Part shown: one piece after another, positions 1-8,940 of the stretch
Numbering within the stretch: position 1 is the stretch's first letter
How the letters are laid out: each line of letters starts with the position of its first letter
From: a virus
Taxonomy: Duplodnaviria > Caudoviricetes
Length of the DNA stretch: 47,083 nt
Strand: one strand, 5' to 3'
Virus record (IMG/VR): IMGVR_UViG_3300005804_000095
Span: 1-47,083 of that record
Made by a program: the position numbers and the translations under genes
Notes under the pieces: generated by a model
Told to the model about the DNA's origin: nothing
Databases searched by the model: none
The model's input: only the letters and a program-made list of their open reading frames with translations

Positions 1-509
1 TATTTGCCCCCGTATTTTTGCCACACTGAATTATCAACCAGAGAAAACTGTTCTTCTATGTCCTTGTAGATTGACTTTATGCTTTCGTTAATCTGTTTGT
101 TTTTGAAATAGTTTTCGATGTTTTCGTTCTCGCTGGGTCCGTTATTACCTGCAGGTGGCTGTACCGGGTAGTTATCGAACCTTTGAATTTCAGATTTCAG
201 CTCGATAACCTCAAGCGGGCAGTCCTCCCAATTGTGTTCCCAGCAAACGATAATGTCACAGTCATTTTTATCGTGGCCATGTTGAAAGAAGTTCTTGCTT
301 TGATACTCGAACTCAATTCTTACTCGTTCCCACCCTTTGCCGACGAAGCGTCTTGCGATGCAGTCCGGGAAGCCAGGCTTTATCTCTTCGATATACATAT
401 TGAAGTCTTCAACAACCTTCCCAAAAAGGAATATGACCCCATTTTCGTTTATTGGTGCGTAAACAAGTCCTCGAAAATTAATCAGACTACCAACTATTGA
501 TTTTTCCAT
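1..509 (-). CDS. PD-(D/E)xK-type nuclease-domain protein (partial, runs off left edge; absent from ORF track)
   Basis: Manual translation from ATG at 509 (GAAAGG upstream): MEKSIVGSLINFRGLVYAPINENGVIFLFGK...GFPDCIARR...RIEFEYQSKNFFQHGHDKNDCDIIVCWEHNW..., open to the edge; PD...ExE restriction-like motif. Confidence 0.8.
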   Translation of the reverse strand, partial: MEKSIVGSLINFRGLVYAPINENGVIFLFGKVVEDFNMYIEEIKPGFPDCIARRFVGKGWERVRIEFEYQSKNFFQHGHDKNDCDIIVCWEHNWEDCPLEVIELKSEIQRFDNYPVQPPAGNNGPSENENIENYFKNKQINESIKSIYKDIEEQFSLVDNSVWQKYGGK

Positions 510-698
510 GGAGCAAGCCTTTCGTTTTGCTTTTCACGAGTGATAACTCTTGAGGATTCGTTAGCTTCGCTGAAACGAGACATGTCAGAAGTTGTGACCA
601 TGTGGTCGTATAATTATGTATGGTGTCCCCGAATGCTCTATAATCTCGAACGGTTTGCAATGTTCAAGTTGTCAAGACCTGACCCTATGGCCCTACCC

Positions 699-3600
699 TT
701 ACTGCCGGTTAAGGGGGATGAAATGTCCGAAGGCCCACTTCTGAACGAACGTCATAACCAGTTTTAGACTATTATCGGATATAATTTTGCCAAACAGCTT
801 CCGCCTAATTAGTAAAATGCACACGGTACAAAGAATCTCTCCTGCAGGATGCGAAGGGTGAGTAGTTAAGTGATGAAGGGTAGTATATGTGGTTTTCTCT
901 AAAGCAGAGTAAGACCTAGTGCTCTGGAATAAAAGGCAAAAGAAATTTACAATCATTGACAAGGACGATGCAATATCCGTACTTCGATCGGAGATAGTGG
1001 AAAGGAGTTTATTGAAATCTTCGGTGACCTCGAATTTGTGCGTCACGAGGTGGTACATAAGGTCATCATGGGAGATACTGATGAACCGGTAATTCATCTT
1101 AATCAATTGTAGAACAGCCTCATGATATTTTGAATCTGTGACGCAACGGAGAAGCCTTCCGGACTGGAGAAGTGGCTGCGACCACACTCCTTCCACGTTG
1201 AATAATAAATTGGCGACTTGTCTATAATGGAGATCCTCCGAGATCAGGAGTCTGCCTGAGCCCTCTGCTGCAAGCAGGGTGTCTAGGAATGAAGGGTGTA
1301 GTCCCGAAAACAGGTGCAGCTCATCACCTTTGGAACCAGGCTTCCCTGCCGCTGGTAATATTTCGCAATTCTCGGTACACCATGCCAATATGCTCTCGAA
1401 TGGCCTGATACTGAGTTGAATATCTTCATGTGAAATCTCAGTACGGACGAAATGTTCCCCCTCCTTTGCTAGGGACATATGCGACCCCATCGCTTTTCGT
1501 TCTTCCATCAACTGTATGAAAAGATCAAGTGTTGACTGCGTTATTCCAATCTTTCCTCCCGCAATGCTGACGACATTATCAAGAAGATTTAAAATGTAGA
1601 GGGTGTAAAGTGCAAAAGGATCAATGATGAATCCGGCTTTCGACGAGAGGACGGCTCTTACGGCATTGTCTCGTTCAACAGAATCTCCATTGCAGCATTT
1701 TATCTTAACGCGTCCGGCGCTACTCATCCCAAGGAAACTGTCTATCGGATGTACGCCGATCTGGTGCGCCACCAGCGCCAAAGGTATCGGGTTCTCTTCA
1801 TAAAGTTTCAGTGTTCTCATTACAGTCTCGCTCCGACGAGAAACCGCATCAAGGACTGGCTGTAATTCAAGGTTACCTTCAGCAGATGACTTTAAAGTAA
1901 ACATCCACATTCCAGGCACCCCTGGGAATCGATACTGGAAGTTGTGCATGGATTCGTGAAGCGCATGAATATACTTGTGCTTTATCTCCGTGATGGTAGC
2001 TTCTTCTTGGCCGAATGGTGTCTCAAATATCACGAACTTCTGGTTTTTACTTAGCCCTATGGCACGCTTCGAATATGAATGATCAGGACTAATTTCTCCC
2101 CGGCTTTCGTCGGCAGAATCAGGTTCGATCACATAGGTCAAACTTTTCCCAGATTCCGTAAGGCAGGTGAAGGCTGTATTAATATCAACCGTCCCCCTTT
2201 CGGTCACCTGATCCATCTCTGGAATATTATTGAGCCCCAGAAGGAGCCCACAGTAACCAAGGTGCACATTCGCTATAGAGTTGAATCTTCTCAAGGTGCT
2301 ATAACCAATTGAAAGTGCCTCTTTATTCATTCCGTGACGGGCAAGAGCGTGTGCAAGCCTTATAGAATCTTCGGGAGCTGGATCTGAAAAAGCCGGAAGG
2401 TTTTTCAATGCCTTCTGAGCTTCCTCCTTAAGCCCCATTCTTTCCAGAAGAGTGATGTAATTCAACTGCAGTTCTAGGTTCTCTGGTGAGGATTTAAGGC
2501 AACCTTCGAGGTATTTACGAGCTGCAGGCAAGTCTCCCAAGCGGTAGTACAACTCAGCACATGCCCGGCCATAAAAGTGAAGCTGCTTTACGTGCTGCGG
2601 AAGACGAGATACAAGATCCAGAGCATCTCCTCTGATATCCCCTGCCATGTAAGAAGCGAAGAGCCTTCTCAGGTTACGCGAATCATCATACGATGTAATC
2701 AATTCAGCATACAAGGTAGCCGCAACACGATAATCGCCAAGGGAAAAGTATCTATCAGCGACTCTTGTCCTTTCCAAGAAATTACCACTGCAGGCCGATG
2801 TTTGCCGCGCTTTTTCCACCCACTCTAGCGCTTTTTCGCTATCTTCTTTCTCTTCAAACATTTCGGACACCAGAAGGAGGTACTCAATGGTCTCAGGGTG
2901 TTTTGCTGCAAGTTCTAGAGCTGCCCCTATCCCGGCATCCACGCCCTCCAGTTTTTCGGTCAATTGCACCTTCATAGCATTTGCAACCACAACGTTATTG
3001 GGATCATGAAGTGCTGTATCCGAAAAAAAACAGGCAATTTTAAGCATCGCCTCTCTTGGTTCATTGACTAATGCCAACGCCTCAGCTTCCATTAGGACTT
3101 TGCCCTCAAAAGCATCATCTGGCATATGTCTCAGTAAGGCACATGCTTCCTTAATTCTTCCATCTGACAGAAGACATATACACTTCTGTTTCATCAGCAA
3201 AAAGTTACCTGGGTGCAGATGAAGAGCATCTTCTATGCATGCCAAAGCCTCAGTTCTGTGGCCAAGCAGGCGTGCAGCGTTGCTCAGGTTAATCGCGCAT
3301 GGGATGTACCGTCCTGATATTTCTGTGCCCTTAGCATTTGCCCATATGCCGGCCAACAGATCACGTGCCTCTTCCAGCTGTTTATGGTGTTCCATTGTAA
3401 TCTGATTTCCATAAACGACGGGGCTCTTTATAAGTACATAATCCAGCAGACTTGTTGCATATGCCTCTTGAATTTCGGGGGATGAAGGATTGAGCACAAA
3501 GGCTTTCCTGAACCATTTTTTGCTTTCGGAGGGATTGTTTCTTCTCTGGAAGAAGTCCCCAAGTTGGAGTGCCAGCTCTGGGCATGACAACAGTTCCACA

Positions 3601-4556
3601 GGAATAGCTATTGATGGATCAGTGCACTCTTCATCGGACACCGAAGCAAGAACAAGTACTTGAAAACATTCAGCATCATTAGGGTATCTCGACACAGCTT
3701 CTTTAGCTGTTTTCAAGGCCGCGGGGAAATTGCCGAGCAAAAAGTGCGCAATGACGTTGTTGCAGATTGCTTTTTTGTCTTCAGGAGTCAACAGTGCGGC
3801 CTGAAGCAGTTCTTGAGCTGCACTGACGTTGTCATCACCGATCCTGAGCTTTGCTGCGGCAATATTTGTTGCAATTCGGAACTGTAAGCGGACAGATAAT
3901 TCACCCCAATGCTTTGCCTTAAGGTTCTCCAGAATGGATATGGCTGCTGATGGTTTGTTATCGTTGATAAGATCTATGCACCCGTTTATCTGTTCGTCAA
4001 TGACCTCCTGAACTGCATTTTTCTGATGTTCATCTGATGCATGGAAATTCTTCCCCACCAACTCCTGCAGCATCACCTGCATTTTATCCATTTTTATTTC
4101 GAACTTTTCTGAAGTCTCCTGGATCTTCAGAAGGGTGTTGTTCTGCCGTTCCATTCCCTCTGTCTGTTCCGCAAAGTGTTTTTTTTCGGCAAAAAGCCTG
4201 TCCAACGTATGATTTTCCCTGATCCTCTTGTTTAGGCTCAGGATGAAGAACTCTATGGCTTGTGGTGTAGCCGGCTTAACTCCGAAACCCTCTGGATCGA
4301 TTTTTTCAACAGTGACATTATCAGAAGAGTAAAAGAGGGATTTGAGGATCACGTCCCAGTTGTCTTGTTTGGCAAGGAAAGAATTAGTGTGGTTGCCAAA
4401 TTCGTCTCCGAATTGGCTGTAGAAATCTTCACATGCTTTTGTTGTGGCTTTATGTATAGCTTGCTCCAAGTCTGTTACCTTCGACTTAAGCATGTCATAC
4501 GCTGCGCTTTGCAGCAGAGGAAGAATTAGGGTTCCGATAAATTCAGCGATAGCCAT
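699..4556 (-). CDS. TPR-repeat protein with GreA/B C-terminal-like domain and C-terminal PIN domain (TPR-GreAB-C-PIN type conflict protein)
   Basis: Multiple TPR-like helical repeats; GreAB-C-like TYVIEP..GEISPDHSYSKRAIG..; PIN-like FIIDPFAL...LLISEDLHYR. Start moved to MAIAEF (4556, AAGGA RBS); the track gives 4631. Confidence 0.8.
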   Translation of the reverse strand: MAIAEFIGTLILPLLQSAAYDMLKSKVTDLEQAIHKATTKACEDFYSQFGDEFGNHTNSFLAKQDNWDVILKSLFYSSDNVTVEKIDPEGFGVKPATPQAIEFFILSLNKRIRENHTLDRLFAEKKHFAEQTEGMERQNNTLLKIQETSEKFEIKMDKMQVMLQELVGKNFHASDEHQKNAVQEVIDEQINGCIDLINDNKPSAAISILENLKAKHWGELSVRLQFRIATNIAAAKLRIGDDNVSAAQELLQAALLTPEDKKAICNNVIAHFLLGNFPAALKTAKEAVSRYPNDAECFQVLVLASVSDEECTDPSIAIPVELLSCPELALQLGDFFQRRNNPSESKKWFRKAFVLNPSSPEIQEAYATSLLDYVLIKSPVVYGNQITMEHHKQLEEARDLLAGIWANAKGTEISGRYIPCAINLSNAARLLGHRTEALACIEDALHLHPGNFLLMKQKCICLLSDGRIKEACALLRHMPDDAFEGKVLMEAEALALVNEPREAMLKIACFFSDTALHDPNNVVVANAMKVQLTEKLEGVDAGIGAALELAAKHPETIEYLLLVSEMFEEKEDSEKALEWVEKARQTSACSGNFLERTRVADRYFSLGDYRVAATLYAELITSYDDSRNLRRLFASYMAGDIRGDALDLVSRLPQHVKQLHFYGRACAELYYRLGDLPAARKYLEGCLKSSPENLELQLNYITLLERMGLKEEAQKALKNLPAFSDPAPEDSIRLAHALARHGMNKEALSIGYSTLRRFNSIANVHLGYCGLLLGLNNIPEMDQVTERGTVDINTAFTCLTESGKSLTYVIEPDSADESRGEISPDHSYSKRAIGLSKNQKFVIFETPFGQEEATITEIKHKYIHALHESMHNFQYRFPGVPGMWMFTLKSSAEGNLELQPVLDAVSRRSETVMRTLKLYEENPIPLALVAHQIGVHPIDSFLGMSSAGRVKIKCCNGDSVERDNAVRAVLSSKAGFIIDPFALYTLYILNLLDNVVSIAGGKIGITQSTLDLFIQLMEERKAMGSHMSLAKEGEHFVRTEISHEDIQLSIRPFESILAWCTENCEILPAAGKPGSKGDELHLFSGLHPSFLDTLLAAEGSGRLLISEDLHYRQVANLLFNVEGVWSQPLLQSGRLLRCVTDSKYHEAVLQLIKMNYRFISISHDDLMYHLVTHKFEVTEDFNKLLSTISDRSTDIASSLSMIVNFFCLLFQSTRSYSALEKTTYTTLHHLTTHPSHPAGEILCTVCILLIRRKLFGKIISDNSLKLVMTFVQKWAFGHFIPLNRQ

Positions 4557-4644
4557 ACACTTTCCTTTATAGTCAAAATAAATCAAAAGCGACTGAATAA
4601 GCAGATTTATACAGAGAATAAATAGGGACACTTCCCCTTTTAAT

Positions 4645-6132
4645 TTATGAAAACTGAGAAGTGTCTCTATTTCCCCTATCTTTAATCACCTTCAGCTTCC
4701 CAGCCATAACTTTTAACTCATCGAGAGTCGGAAGTTTTTGCGTAAAATCTATAGAAAAATCGGAAATAGATAGTCCGTGCGGTAGAAACACTAATTCGAA
4801 GAAACATCCTTTGAAATTTTCATCGCTGTCAATTGAAGACTCGACTGGCACTTGAGCACCAGATGTCAATACGCCTGTGCAAACACCTTCTGCTTGGAAA
4901 AAACAGCCATTCATATTAAAATACTTGTATCCGCAACAACATTGATTATCTTCGCATTCTTCGTGTTTATTGCCCAGCAACTGAGCAATAAAGGCTTGAA
5001 AATGGATTTCTCCTATCGTTTCTAACAAAAAACCCTCAGCTACATTGCTTCCTTTTAATTGAATGTTCTCGGCTTCGTCAACAGTTACTTCAAGATGACC
5101 ACCTCTTTGTATTGTAGATGGTTTGTATTTTTTCATTTCCATCCAGGTTTTGAGATTAAGAAATGGATTTGCTCCACAAGAGAGATTGTCTTTCCTAAAT
5201 TTCAAGGCTTCTAGCATTCTTTCCTCTGTCTTAAGTAGGCAATGGCTAGAGTAAAATTCAGCAGCTGCATCAAGTGAATCTTCCAATGAATCGTATCCGC
5301 ACGCCCTCAGGACGGCGTCACAATATCTTTCGTAGTCACCATAGGGATCTTTCTGGTTGAGCCTGATATTATTACTGATAATTTCTTGAATGATACGAAC
5401 AAAACGCCATCCAGGATGGGAGGCTTGCCAATCTTCTTCTGAAGTTACAGGCTCATTCCAATATGCTTGCAAAGCAAGATCGCATACAATTGGAAATTCT
5501 GTTAGTCTGTCAGGCCCCAGCTGTTCGCAAAAAAAATTTAGACACAAAAGATATTTATGGGGCACCTTAGTTGGGTTTAAGGTGACTTGAATAGGTATAT
5601 TATTAAATATGTTGGAATAAATGGCCTCAATGAATATAGCTTGGCCTTCAATTATGTTTATACCCTGCAAATTGTAAATTTTGCCTTCTACTGAAATCTC
5701 AGGACATATGAGCCAGTCGTATGGATACAACATTATTGACAAATCACTAACATACTTATACTTAGAGTTTACTGACGAACGAGCTGCGGCAATTCCTGCG
5801 CTTGCGATGAATGTATTAAGCCAAAGAAAGGAATTTGCCATCTCAACTCGACCTTCCGAAGCAAAATACCCCAGCGGCAGTTGTGGTTTTGAACCCTTTG
5901 TTGTAATTAAAGTCATGTACTCTCTAAGAATAAATCCTATGCCTTGCCTATAAATATTCCATGATTTTTGGCCAAAAGGCGTCATGCATGTCTGGAAAAA
6001 ATGCCATACTTCATGGAATTCGATGCCATTATAGTGCTCTGAACCAATAGCGGACTCCATTGCGTTAATTGTCACATGAAGTCGGCTCGGCACGAAAGTA
6101 CCCAAAGCTAAATTACTGTATTCGTCGAACAC
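4645..6132 (-). CDS. HExxH zinc-metallopeptidase-like protein with Cys-rich C-terminus
   Basis: FHEVWHFFQT motif near the N-terminus; CCCG..C..C..C cluster at the C-terminus; GTG start with GAAGGAG RBS. Confidence 0.7.
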   Translation of the reverse strand: MFDEYSNLALGTFVPSRLHVTINAMESAIGSEHYNGIEFHEVWHFFQTCMTPFGQKSWNIYRQGIGFILREYMTLITTKGSKPQLPLGYFASEGRVEMANSFLWLNTFIASAGIAAARSSVNSKYKYVSDLSIMLYPYDWLICPEISVEGKIYNLQGINIIEGQAIFIEAIYSNIFNNIPIQVTLNPTKVPHKYLLCLNFFCEQLGPDRLTEFPIVCDLALQAYWNEPVTSEEDWQASHPGWRFVRIIQEIISNNIRLNQKDPYGDYERYCDAVLRACGYDSLEDSLDAAAEFYSSHCLLKTEERMLEALKFRKDNLSCGANPFLNLKTWMEMKKYKPSTIQRGGHLEVTVDEAENIQLKGSNVAEGFLLETIGEIHFQAFIAQLLGNKHEECEDNQCCCGYKYFNMNGCFFQAEGVCTGVLTSGAQVPVESSIDSDENFKGCFFELVFLPHGLSISDFSIDFTQKLPTLDELKVMAGKLKVIKDRGNRDTSQFS

Positions 6133-6164
6133 TCGAGCTCCTTCGTACTCAATAATATCTTTGC

Positions 6165-6224
6165 GACCAACGTCGTGGGGTGCACCGGCGCGTCAGCGTC
6201 TGTGTGTCTCCGCCTGGGTTGGGC
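6165..6224 (-). other. attC-like integron recombination site
   Basis: On the minus strand, 3 nt after the 217-aa stop: GCCCAAC (RYYYAAC) ... GTTGGTC, 60 bp. The plus (bottom) strand folds GGGG-T-GCAC-CGG-CGC[GTCA]GCG-T-CTG-T-GTGT-CTCC with G:T pairs and bulged bases. Confidence 0.6.
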
Positions 6225-6227
6225 ACT

Positions 6228-6881
6228 CTATCTGATGCTTTGCAAAAACTCCTCAGTCAAATCATCGAGTGGTAAATATAAATCCATAATATCTTCTGCT
6301 ACTTTAATTGAGAAATTGCCGTCTAATCTAAAATGTTTAGTGTAATGTGATCCTTTAATTTTGCTACCATGAATAACAATCAGAGATTTTTCCTCATTGG
6401 AATGATGCATAGTTGCACCATCGAGGTGAATTAATTCAGCAGCACGCCGGTCAAATATGGCATGGATATAAAATGTTTCTGTTGTTGCATCAAGTAATTG
6501 CCATGCTTCAAATTCTACCAAGTCTTCGGAAGATGATGTGTGAGCTAATAGAGATCCAACGACGGCATGACCTTCAATTATTTTCCAGTCTGGTCGTTGA
6601 TACATTGCTTTATTAAAACTTGAGTTACTGCTTAGAGCTTCCTTCAGCCCGCTCTTAAAAGGTATTCCGAATATAGGTGCTCTTTTTATTCCGAAATGTG
6701 AGGAGCTTGCACTTATCCGTGCTCCAGCCCATATGTGTGGATTATCAATTAAGTACTCAACAACCCTCTTGGCCTCAGGCACGGCAAATATCTTCTCATT
6801 TTCTAAATAGAGCTTATGTTCTTTTATTTGAATGTATCTTGTGTACAGCAATCCATCATTATCAAAGCGTTTGTCAGCCAT
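6228..6881 (-). CDS. Hypothetical protein (conserved-looking YIHA..HLDGA..KHFRLDG C-terminal motifs)
   Basis: 217-aa AT-rich ORF with GAAAGAG RBS, co-oriented with neighbours. Confidence 0.7.
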   Translation of the reverse strand: MADKRFDNDGLLYTRYIQIKEHKLYLENEKIFAVPEAKRVVEYLIDNPHIWAGARISASSSHFGIKRAPIFGIPFKSGLKEALSSNSSFNKAMYQRPDWKIIEGHAVVGSLLAHTSSSEDLVEFEAWQLLDATTETFYIHAIFDRRAAELIHLDGATMHHSNEEKSLIVIHGSKIKGSHYTKHFRLDGNFSIKVAEDIMDLYLPLDDLTEEFLQSIR

Positions 6882-6931
6882 ACATCTCTTTCTATGTCTT
6901 CTTGTAAAGAAGTAATCGTCTTGGCTTCAGT

Positions 6932-7147
6932 TTAGCGTTTCTGAGCCTGAACGATTTCATCAGGCACATCAAACAAGTGATTTTCCTTTATTAGTTGTTG
7001 AAGGTTATTGCTATTTGAGGTCCATTGAGCACCACAGTGCGAGCAAACAATCACCGCAGGCAATCCGTCTTGTGCGGGGAAATATCTCGCCTGGGCACTC
7101 TCGGAACATTTCTTGGGGCATTTAAGAATTTGCGTGTAATAAGACAT
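6932..7147 (-). CDS. Small Zn-ribbon protein
   Basis: CPKKC and CSHC pairs; strong AGGAGG RBS. Confidence 0.7.
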   Translation of the reverse strand: MSYYTQILKCPKKCSESAQARYFPAQDGLPAVIVCSHCGAQWTSNSNNLQQLIKENHLFDVPDEIVQAQKR

Positions 7148-7179
7148 GTGTTAAACCTCCTCTTCTGGTTCATTTTTTT

Positions 7180-7200
7180 GCACAACATGTTATTGACCGG
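7180..7200 (-). other. attI-like site / 5' boundary of gene cassette
   Basis: Minus strand CCGGTCAATAACAT-GTTGTGC; the core matches the complement of the downstream GCCCAAC at 6 of 7 positions and has no long hairpin, as expected for attI. Confidence 0.4.
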
Positions 7201-7543
7201 CCAATGAGTCCACCCATGGCGGCGTTTCATAACGTTTTATGATGAGCTATAAACGTAAGTGTATCGCCCCTATTTGCTGGTTGTCTCTTGATAAACAGCA
7301 CACAGAAGTCCATGATTATTTTTTCCTTTTTCTTCGGTGAATTCTTGCTGAACTGATAGTGCGTTTTTGGGGATGCGTGAGTTGAGGGGATGCGTTGTCC
7401 GGCAGGCGAGCGGGGTTGGGTGTTTCGTTACTTTTTAATTACCTCAATTTCTACTTCTATTCCTTCTCTCCTTTTTCTTCACAGCAAGTATCTCCAGCAC
7501 CCGTCCTGCAAGCTTATATTGCCCGTCCTGGTCAGCGTACTAT

Positions 7544-7933
7544 CTACCCCTGCTTCTTCTTGCGAAGCTCTTCAATCCTCCGCTCTTTATCCTCTTCAAT
7601 CATCCGCTTTCGTACTTCCGGCGCGAATTGCATGTAGAAATCTACCATTTCCTGCACATCGGGAGGTAGCGCCGGGCTACCAGCTGGCTTTTCTGGCCCA
7701 CTACAAATACCGGTTACATCATATTTTTTTGTTAGTTCAGAGACTTCAACTTTAAATATTTCAGCAAAAACGTTTAGCTTTGTGCTGCCCGGAGCATTCT
7801 CTCCACGCTCATATTTGCTGATTTGCTGAAAGGAGCCGCCAGACTTTTTCGCTAAATCTTTCTGAGACCAATTTCGTTCTTCTCGTAACCGCTTAATATT
7901 GTTGCCTATTATGAATGCAAGTTCTTTGTTCAT
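7544..7933 (-). CDS. Phage immunity repressor, XRE-family HTH (cI-like)
   Basis: IKRLREERNWSQKDLAKKSGGSFQQISKYERGENAP HTH; divergent from a Cro-like gene; start moved to MNKELAF. Confidence 0.85.
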   Translation of the reverse strand: MNKELAFIIGNNIKRLREERNWSQKDLAKKSGGSFQQISKYERGENAPGSTKLNVFAEIFKVEVSELTKKYDVTGICSGPEKPAGSPALPPDVQEMVDFYMQFAPEVRKRMIEEDKERRIEELRKKKQG

Positions 7934-7954
7934 ATATTTATATGAAAAATCCTG

Positions 7955-7982
7955 TTGACACATAATCAAAAATGATTATAGT
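7955..7982 (+). promoter_or_regulatory. Lytic PR-like sigma70 promoter overlapped by a palindromic operator
   Basis: TTGACA (7955-7960), 16 bp, TATAGT (7977-7982); palindrome ATAATCA-AAAA-TGATTAT at 7962-7979. Confidence 0.7.
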
Positions 7983-8126
7983 AGCCCCATAAAGTTATAG
8001 AAAAACGAGAAAGAAAAAAACGATGAAAACGCAAATATCCACCGATGGATTACATCTCACCAGTGCAATGCAGAAGGCAAACGGGTCCTCATATTTATCG
8101 CGAAACTATAACAGGAATATTAAAAA

Positions 8127-8348
8127 ATGAAAATCAATTTTCGGGCTACCAAGGCAAAGATGATGTACGACGGAATCAATCTCTCCAGATGGGCCAGGGC
8201 ACGGGGATTCGCTCCACCGACCTTCCTGCTGATCCTGAGCGGAAAGTATCCGTCTACAACCGGCGAAGTTTACAAGAAAACTGTGGCGGCTTTGGATAGT
8301 GCCGGGTTTCTCGTGCGGAAGCAGGACGATTCAGAGCAGGCTGCCTGA
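8127..8348 (+). CDS. Cro/Ner-like DNA-binding protein
   Basis: 73 aa, GINLSRWARARGF...LILSGK HTH; first gene of the rightward operon. Confidence 0.75.
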   Translation: MKINFRATKAKMMYDGINLSRWARARGFAPPTFLLILSGKYPSTTGEVYKKTVAALDSAGFLVRKQDDSEQAA

Positions 8349-8406
8349 CAGCTGCAGTATTGCAGCAATTTTCGGGATTCCATTAGAAATCCAGGGGAGA
8401 GGCGTA

Positions 8407-8871
8407 ATGAGATACTCATTTGAAGCCATGGATCGCTGCATCGGCAGGCATCGCATGGCGGTTGCGAAGGCGCTCCACAAGTCTCCGGCGCTGGTGAGCA
8501 AGTGGATGGAACCGGCGGCGGATTTCACCGATTCCGGCACCCTCAATCCGCTTGACCGCCTGGAGACCATCATCACGGCAGCTATCCACGAGGGACACCC
8601 GAAGGATGAGGCGACAGCGCCTATCGTCTACCTGGCCGGTAAATTCGGCCTTACGGTCGTTTCCCTGCCAGAAGCACCGACGACCTTGAAGGACATACTG
8701 ACGGAGTCGCACCGGGCGATCAAGGAGTTTGGTCATTATATCGAGGCATTTTCGGAAGCGATTGAAGACGGAAAGGTATCCCCACTGGAACGGATGCATG
8801 TGGAGGTGGAGGGGTACCAGGCAGTTCAGCATATCCTGGCCGTAATCCGGATGCTGGGCGAGGAGAAATAG
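8407..8871 (+). CDS. Phage regulatory CII-family protein
   Basis: Position after cro; SGTLNPLDRL and AIEDGKVSPLE motifs; GGAGAGG RBS before ATG 8407. Confidence 0.7.
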   Translation: MRYSFEAMDRCIGRHRMAVAKALHKSPALVSKWMEPAADFTDSGTLNPLDRLETIITAAIHEGHPKDEATAPIVYLAGKFGLTVVSLPEAPTTLKDILTESHRAIKEFGHYIEAFSEAIEDGKVSPLERMHVEVEGYQAVQHILAVIRMLGEEK

Positions 8872-8940
8872 GGTGGTGCGGCCGTATTTAACGAAGTAAG
8901 TCATGCTCTGGCGCAGAGGACCGTAACGGAGGGGTAGGGG

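Noticed and set aside
183-500. Plus-strand 105-aa ORF
   Set aside because: Antisense shadow of the minus-strand nuclease-like gene, which has an RBS and recognisable motifs.
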